From positions 1,959 through 65,958 of the forward strand of contig JAFGSV010000033.1 of the NCBI GenBank assembly GCA_016934325.1: DNA of 64,000 bases, written 5' to 3'. The notes under the pieces are model-generated. The model searched no databases, was not told the DNA's origin, and saw only the letters and a program-made list of their open reading frames with translations. Shown one piece after another: positions 58,293 to 64,000 of this stretch. This DNA comes from Candidatus Aenigmatarchaeota archaeon. GTDB taxonomy: Archaea; Aenigmatarchaeota; Aenigmatarchaeia; QMZP01; JAFGSV01. Made by a program: the position numbers and the translations under genes. The stretch's first letter is position 1. The number at the start of each line of letters is the position of its first letter.

Positions 58293-58646
58293 ATGGAGAA
58301 ACACGCCCTGAACGTCGAGTACAAGAAGTTCGGGGAGATCACCATAAACGGCCAGGTGTATTATTCCGACATGACCGTCTACTGGAACGGTAAGATCGCC
58401 TACCGGGGCAAGGAGCACGTCATCGAGTTCGGGGAGTTCATGAAGATTCTCAAGTCAGAGCCGGAGATCGTTGTGATTGGAAAGGGCGATGAGGGAGTCC
58501 TCAAGATCTCCGAGGAGGTCCTACAGTGGGCCAAGGGCAAGAGCGTGGACCTCTACTTCGAGAGGACGGCGAAGGCCGCAGACATCTTCAACGCGTTCGC
58601 GAACCAGGGGAAGAGGGTGGTGGGCATATTCCACGTCACCTGCTGA
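58293..58646 (+). CDS. Mth938-like (DUF498) domain protein
   Basis: FGEITING..Y..D, PEIVVIGKG, T..AA..FN, GIFHVTC. Start reassigned to ATG 58293. Confidence 0.8.
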   Translation: MEKHALNVEYKKFGEITINGQVYYSDMTVYWNGKIAYRGKEHVIEFGEFMKILKSEPEIVVIGKGDEGVLKISEEVLQWAKGKSVDLYFERTAKAADIFNAFANQGKRVVGIFHVTC

Positions 58647-59291
58647 ACGAGAAATATCAAACAGCTATGGTTCATTCTGTGCGGAAAGGGGACAGGGGAC
58701 AGTTACTTGTTTTGATAACAGATCTGGCACTTGCTTGGAGGATTCCCAACTATATCGGAACGAATGCCATTCATAGTTTCCGATTGCTTCTTCAGCTCTA
58801 ATTGTCTTTGTATCGAAAAAGGTCAAGCGGCCGCCTCCACATACACGATAACAAATATTGTTATCACAATCAACTTCAGCATAGTCTCCAGTTCTTATGG
58901 CACCTGATCTAAACTGATCCATGAATTCCCGCCAGCCTTTGCCATCCGGACCGCTTACCCTCTCCATCATATCATGGAGCTAACAGCAGAATTTATAAAG
59001 ATTTCACTTATCGTGCAAGACTTGCTGCTACCTAAAATGCCTATGTATTTAGTCACGGATTGTTAGGATATCCGGTTATGTGAAGTTTTAAATACTTACC
59101 CACCCATAAAATATACTTAAGGTGCCGAGATGAAGGGTGGATGTCGGATCTTTGAGTGAAGCTTGCTCTGATTTCATCAGCCCTTCAGCCGTTTCGAATT
59201 CTCCGGATATTTTCGCGCTCAGTTCCCTCAATAGAATCGTTTTGAAGCTGAAATTCTTCTTAAATGCTTTTTTATTGGAAGGTTGGTCAGA

Positions 59292-60005
59292 ATGAATAAA
59301 GAAAGCGGTGCTCGGCCTGTCCCCCCAGGATATTTGAACTCGATAATTATAGCCCATTTTGACAATGAATACGGGATGTCATTCTCAAGCCTTTCCAACC
59401 CAAGGTCGTATGACAAGATGATGAACAAGATCAGGAAATGGGGTCTGGATTATCCTGACGCTGAGGGCGTGTTCCGCAGATTCTACACGGGAGATCAGAA
59501 CAGCTATGTCGGTTATGCGCAGGTATTCCTTGCTCTGCTTGATGAGGTCCCAGGCTACGAGAGGCCTATAAAGGTAGATTCGATGAAAGTCCATGACACC
59601 ATATTCATCAATGGTTCCGTGGTCGATGAGGACAGCGATGATCTCCCAGAAGCGACCTTGAAGGCGCACATGAATGGCTCGATGGCGAATGTCATCGGAG
59701 AGGGTGACGGCCCGGTGAATGCGATTGACAAAGCGATACAGAAGGCATTATCTGAATGCCGGGTCGATAAGGTTATCCCGGAGATCGGTAATGTCAAGCT
59801 CCATGATTATACGGTCCCGCCTACGGAGTCCAGCGGCTCGGAAGCAAAGGTGCAGGTCGTCGGCTTGCTGGGCACCGATGGGAAGAAGATCACATCAGCG
59901 AGAAGCCATGTCGATATCGTCGCCGCCAGCGGGCTGATGATGCTCGACGGCTATGACAGCTTGTTGACACAATGCGGATACGGGCAAAAGGGGTCTCATG
60001 TCTAG
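59292..60005 (+). CDS. Stand-alone LeuA/CimA allosteric (dimerisation) domain protein lacking the catalytic barrel
   Basis: EATLK...GEGDGPVNAIDKAI..AL, VKLHDYTV, GSEAKVQV, DIVAAS motifs of the 2-isopropylmalate/citramalate synthase regulatory domain. Confidence 0.7.
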   Translation: MNKESGARPVPPGYLNSIIIAHFDNEYGMSFSSLSNPRSYDKMMNKIRKWGLDYPDAEGVFRRFYTGDQNSYVGYAQVFLALLDEVPGYERPIKVDSMKVHDTIFINGSVVDEDSDDLPEATLKAHMNGSMANVIGEGDGPVNAIDKAIQKALSECRVDKVIPEIGNVKLHDYTVPPTESSGSEAKVQVVGLLGTDGKKITSARSHVDIVAASGLMMLDGYDSLLTQCGYGQKGSHV

Positions 60006-60070
60006 GAATTGAATTAATATAAGGATACAAGTATAATTTACTGGGATTTTACGATAGCGGAGGCTGATGC

Positions 60071-62947
60071 ATGTCGCTGTTTGACCACAAGAGAGTGGAG
60101 GAAGAGATTCTCGCGTTCTGGAAGAAGGACGGTACCTATGATAAGGTCAAGCGCGCGGGGAAGGGGAAGAAGCCCTTCTTCTTCGTTGACGGGCCGCCCT
60201 ACGCGACCGGGTCCATACACATGGGCACGGCCTGGAACAAGATAATAAAGGACGTTTACCTGCGCTACGCCAGGATGCTCGGGCTCGACGCTTGGGACCA
60301 GCCGGGCTACGACACGCACGGGACGCCGATCGAGACCAAGGTCGAGAAGCAGCTGGGATTCGGATCGAAGAAGGACATAGAGAAGTACGGGATAGGCAAG
60401 TTCATTGAAAAATGCAGGATTTACGCGACGAAGTACATAGACGTCATGAGCGGGCAGTTCGCCAACCTCGGGGTCTGGATGGACTGGAAGGATCCCTACC
60501 TGACGCTCGATAACCGCTACATTGAAGGCGCGTGGTACACGTTCAAGAGGGCTTTCGATGGGGGCTTCCTGTACAAGGGGAAGTACCCCGTGCACGTCTG
60601 CCCCAGGTGCGAGACAGTCGTGGCCTATAACGAGATAGAATACTCGAAGCTGACGGACACGTCGATATACGTGAAGCTGCGCATCAAGGGCGAAAAGAAC
60701 AAGTACCTCATAATCTGGACGACGACCCCATGGACCCTGCCGGGCAACACGGGCGTCATGGTTCACCCCAAGTTCACTTACGTCGAGGCGGAGCTCGGCA
60801 ACGGGGAGGTCTGGATAGTCGCGAAGGAGAGGCTGCAGGAGCTCATGGGCGCCATCGAGGCCGGATACAAGGTCGTTCGCGAGATGCCGGGGAAGGAACT
60901 GGCCGGCATGGAATACGAGGGGCCTCTGCAGAGCAGGATGCGCATGCCGAAGCTGCGCAACGCCTACAGGGTGATACTGTCTGACAGGTACGTGCATCTC
61001 GAGGAAGGCACGGGCCTGGTCCATACGGCCCCGGGGCACGGCAAGGAGGACTTCGACGCCGGGACCAAGGCGGGGCTGCCAGCGATTTGCCCGGTCATGA
61101 ACGACGGCTCGCTCACTAAGGAGACAGGCAAATACAGCGGCAAGCACGCGAGGGTCGTGGATGAGGAGATAATCAGGGACCTGGAAGAGGAGGGCATGCT
61201 CGTCTTGAAGCACCCCCACACTCACGACTACCCCATGTGCTGGCGATGCGACACCCCGCTGCTGCAGGTAGGCGTGCCCCAGTGGTTCTTCAAGGTCACT
61301 GGGGTCAGGGACAAGCTGCTCAGCGAGAACAGGCGCGTGAACTGGATGCCGGGCTGGGCCGGGGACAGGTTCAACGACTGGCTCGAGAACCTTGGGGACT
61401 GGCCGATATCCAGGCAGAGATACTGGGGCATTCCACTGCCGATCTGGGAGTGCGGATGCGGGAACATAATGGTGATAGGGTCATTCTCGGAGCTGAAGAG
61501 GCTGTCCGGAGTGAAGAGGGAGATGGACTTCCACAGGCCGGCGATTGACAAGGTCAGGCTGCGATGCACGAAATGCGGCAAGCTGGCGAAGAGGGTCCCA
61601 GACGTCCTCGACGTATGGTTCGATTCGGGCGTGTGCACGTGGGCGTCGCTCGAATACCCGAGGAAGAAGGCCCTCTTCGAGAGGATGTGGCCGTCCGTCT
61701 TCCAGACGGAGGGCCCGGACCAGTTCAGGGGCTGGTGGAACTCGCAGATGATAACGAGCGTGCTCACCTTCGGCAGGGCGCCTTTCAGAAACGTCCTGCT
61801 GCACGGCTTCGTCATGGACGTCAAGGGGATAAAGCTTTCGAAGTCAAAGGGCAACTTCGTCGATCCCGCCAAGGTCATCGAACAGTACGGCAGGGATGTC
61901 CTGCGCTTCTACCTGCTGCGGAACCCGTTATGGAACGACTTCTACTTCAACTGGGAGGAGGTCAAGGAGGTCAGCAGGCTCTTCACGGTCTTCTGGAACT
62001 CGTACCTGTTCGTCAGGACGTACGCCCCGAAGCCCCCCGCCAGGAAGCCTGCGCTCAGGGCCGAGGACAGGTGGATAATCAGCAAGGTTAACAGCCTCAT
62101 CGGCGAAGGGAAGGCGCCTGAAGAGCTGCAGGTGCACAGGCTCGTACAGGGGCTTTGGGATTTCATACTGAACGATTTCTCCAGGTGGTACATTAAGATA
62201 ATCAGGGACAGGGTGTCCCCCTGGTACAAGGGCGCCGACAGGGCGGGCGCTGATTACGCCCTGAATTACGTGCTGGAGAGGCTGCTCAGGCTGATGGCAC
62301 CCATAACGCCGTTCATATCGGATAAGATATGCACGGACCTGTACGGGAAGAAATCCGTTCATCTGAGCCGCTGGCCGATGATCGACAAGAAGATGCATGA
62401 TAGAACCCTCGAGTCCCAGATGGAGGTCGTCAAGAACATGATCGAGACGATGAATTTCGCCAGGCAGGAGAAGGGAACGAAGCTCAGGTGGCCGATCCGG
62501 ACGGTAGAAATCTGGCCGGCAAAGGGCAAGGGAGGCGAGCTTCGCAGGGTTGTCGGCAATTTCGACCGGGTCATAATGGGGATGGGCAACGTTAAGGAGC
62601 TGCGCGTCGCAAGGAAGGGCAAACCGGCAGGAAAGGGTTTCGTGCTGGGGAAGCTGCGACTCGGGGATGTGATGCTCGACGAGGCCATGCTGAGGGAGAT
62701 CATCAGGAAGGTCCAGGTCGCGAGGAAGGAGAAGAACCTTTCCGTACGCGACAGGATTGGCATATGGTTCGATGCCGACGGCGGTACGAGGGAAACGCTT
62801 AAAAAGCATCGAAACGAATTGCTGGTAGGTGTCGGGGCTGCCAAGGCGTCCTTCTGCAAAATAGAGGGCGAAGGGCTTGGCTGCCTGGATTTCAAGGGCA
62901 AAAGGATCAAGTTCGAGTTCGGCAAGTTGAGAGAGAAGGTGAAATGA
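60071..62947 (+). CDS. ileS: Isoleucine--tRNA ligase (archaeal/eukaryotic type)
   Basis: DGPPYATG.IHMGT, WTTTPWTL, GTGLVHTAPGHG.EDF, W.ISRQRYWG.PLP, DVWFDSG, KLSKSKGN. Confidence 0.97.
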   Translation: MSLFDHKRVEEEILAFWKKDGTYDKVKRAGKGKKPFFFVDGPPYATGSIHMGTAWNKIIKDVYLRYARMLGLDAWDQPGYDTHGTPIETKVEKQLGFGSKKDIEKYGIGKFIEKCRIYATKYIDVMSGQFANLGVWMDWKDPYLTLDNRYIEGAWYTFKRAFDGGFLYKGKYPVHVCPRCETVVAYNEIEYSKLTDTSIYVKLRIKGEKNKYLIIWTTTPWTLPGNTGVMVHPKFTYVEAELGNGEVWIVAKERLQELMGAIEAGYKVVREMPGKELAGMEYEGPLQSRMRMPKLRNAYRVILSDRYVHLEEGTGLVHTAPGHGKEDFDAGTKAGLPAICPVMNDGSLTKETGKYSGKHARVVDEEIIRDLEEEGMLVLKHPHTHDYPMCWRCDTPLLQVGVPQWFFKVTGVRDKLLSENRRVNWMPGWAGDRFNDWLENLGDWPISRQRYWGIPLPIWECGCGNIMVIGSFSELKRLSGVKREMDFHRPAIDKVRLRCTKCGKLAKRVPDVLDVWFDSGVCTWASLEYPRKKALFERMWPSVFQTEGPDQFRGWWNSQMITSVLTFGRAPFRNVLLHGFVMDVKGIKLSKSKGNFVDPAKVIEQYGRDVLRFYLLRNPLWNDFYFNWEEVKEVSRLFTVFWNSYLFVRTYAPKPPARKPALRAEDRWIISKVNSLIGEGKAPEELQVHRLVQGLWDFILNDFSRWYIKIIRDRVSPWYKGADRAGADYALNYVLERLLRLMAPITPFISDKICTDLYGKKSVHLSRWPMIDKKMHDRTLESQMEVVKNMIETMNFARQEKGTKLRWPIRTVEIWPAKGKGGELRRVVGNFDRVIMGMGNVKELRVARKGKPAGKGFVLGKLRLGDVMLDEAMLREIIRKVQVARKEKNLSVRDRIGIWFDADGGTRETLKKHRNELLVGVGAAKASFCKIEGEGLGCLDFKGKRIKFEFGKLREKVK

Positions 62948-63513
62948 TGGATTACTACAAGGGGATGCTGGGGCTGGCTGAAAGCATAAGGAACAAGGAT
63001 CTGAGGCTGAAGGTGATAGACATAATAAAGAACCCCAAGCTCAGCAATCCGAAATTCGCTTATAAGGGCATATCGATGAAGGACGCTCCCGCCTCGCTGG
63101 GATGGCATCACGTTGAGGAAGGCGGCCTTGCGAAGCACACGTACGTCGTTACCAAGCTCTGCGTCGATATCGGTGAATTGATGATGGCTAACTATGAGAT
63201 AGAGCTCAACATGGACACCCTGATCGCCGGAGCGCTGCTCCATGACATAGCGAAGCTGTTCGATATGGAGAAGAACGGCAAGGGGTTCGACCAGACCAGC
63301 CTGAGCATAGACCATATCATCATGGGTTCCGCGGAGCTGTATGCAAGGGGTTTTCCCGAGCCGGTCGTGCACATGATCGCGTCGCATTTCGGTGATCAGG
63401 GCACAACAACCCCGCAAGTGCCTGAGGCCGTGATACTCCATCACGTGGATACTCTGGACGCGATAATTGGAACGAGCAAGACGCACAAGCTGCTGCAGCT
63501 CCTGACCCAGTGA
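62944..63513 (+). CDS. HD-domain protein (YhaM-like HD region, no OB fold)
   Basis: APAS..WHH...GGLAKHT, ALLHDIAK, H, SH, H..D; ATGA overlap with ileS. Confidence 0.8.
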   Translation: MMDYYKGMLGLAESIRNKDLRLKVIDIIKNPKLSNPKFAYKGISMKDAPASLGWHHVEEGGLAKHTYVVTKLCVDIGELMMANYEIELNMDTLIAGALLHDIAKLFDMEKNGKGFDQTSLSIDHIIMGSAELYARGFPEPVVHMIASHFGDQGTTTPQVPEAVILHHVDTLDAIIGTSKTHKLLQLLTQ

Positions 63514-63607
63514 GCTTCGGTTACCAGCCCCTTCTCGAAAATCCGCACCCGGGACCGATCTTTGTAAGATGAGCCTATAACTTATATAAGTAAAACATAA
63601 TTAACAG

Positions 63608-64000
63608 ATGGATTCGGACAAGATTTCCAGGCTTCTGGGGAGCAGCGGAAGGAAGGTGCTGCTTTACCACACGGACTCCGACGGCATATCCTCGGCAGCG
63701 CTGATACTCAGGTTCTTCGGGGGTTTCGCGGCTGTCCCGAGGGACGGCCCCATAATAGATGACAGGTTCCTGCATGAAATAATCTCCATGAAGCCGGACC
63801 TGCTCGTGGTCCTCGACATACCCATAGACCAGGAATGGAAGAAGATGGAGTTCTTGCAGCAGAGCCTTCCCGGCCTCAGGCTGGTCGTCATAGACCACCA
63901 CATCCCGGAGAAGAATCTCACCTCGCGCAGGAGCTTCCACATAAACCCCAGGTTCGAGCGCGAAGTATACATACCTGCGAGCGCGCTCGTCTACCGCCTC
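63608..64000 (+). CDS. DHH-family phosphoesterase (RecJ/NrnA-like), 3'-truncated by window edge (not in ORF track)
   Basis: Hand translation MDSDKIS...LYHTDSDGISS...VLDIP...VIDHH...HINP...ASALVY runs off the end. Confidence 0.85.
   Translation, partial: MDSDKISRLLGSSGRKVLLYHTDSDGISSAALILRFFGGFAAVPRDGPIIDDRFLHEIISMKPDLLVVLDIPIDQEWKKMEFLQQSLPGLRLVVIDHHIPEKNLTSRRSFHINPRFEREVYIPASALVYRL

Noticed and set aside
58665-58970. 101-aa minus-strand ORF in lower-GC DNA
   Set aside because: No motif, and the C-terminal part looks non-coding; cannot be supported as a gene, though a short real N-terminal portion is possible.
60071-62947. Altered IleRS signature motifs (HMGT, KLSKS)
   Set aside because: These are conservative variants of HIGH/KMSKS and the editing motifs are intact; not enough to claim altered function or mupirocin hyper-resistance.
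1-64000. Stop-codon reassignment suggested by the odd release factor
   Set aside because: Core genes end at expected positions with TGA (gdhA, fusA, ileS), TAG (gatE, prf1) and TAA (tuf, rpoN); no in-frame stops interrupt conserved genes.

Overview
A 64-kb archaeal chromosome segment. Archaeal markers are GatE, aRF1, aEF-1alpha/aEF-2, eS4, eL30, NusA, TBP, RadB, Rpo10 and geranylgeranyl reductase. The compact genes and divergent core proteins suggest a DPANN, possibly Aenigmarchaeota-like, lineage; this is inference and no phylogeny was run. The GC-rich backbone carries metabolic and envelope genes (antiporter, GDH, ferredoxin-GGR, UppP, polyprenol kinase, argG/argH with Lrp, IMPDH-like, MscS, NnrE, five glycosyltransferases), topA, an intron-containing tRNA-Ser(CGA), a rearranged ribosomal/translation supercluster and ileS. 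It is interrupted by AT-rich inserts. The largest (about 30.4-42.4 kb) starts right after tRNA-Ser. It contains a candidate undescribed defence/restriction module: three coupled genes (323-aa unknown, GHKL-ATPase with Ig-like repeats, wHTH protein) converge on an AbrB-wHTH-DNA methyltransferase operon whose upstream region is packed with GTAC-core motifs, and an ISH3-like transposase follows. The second highlight is aRF1. It lacks the universal GGQ motif (GGW-SQ instead) and carries a 509-aa LAGLIDADG/HTH intein inserted exactly in that loop. All calls come from reading motifs by eye; no database searches were run. Several start codons were adjusted relative to the ORF track, and three genes absent from the track were added (ferredoxin, zinc-ribbon protein, partial DHH protein).
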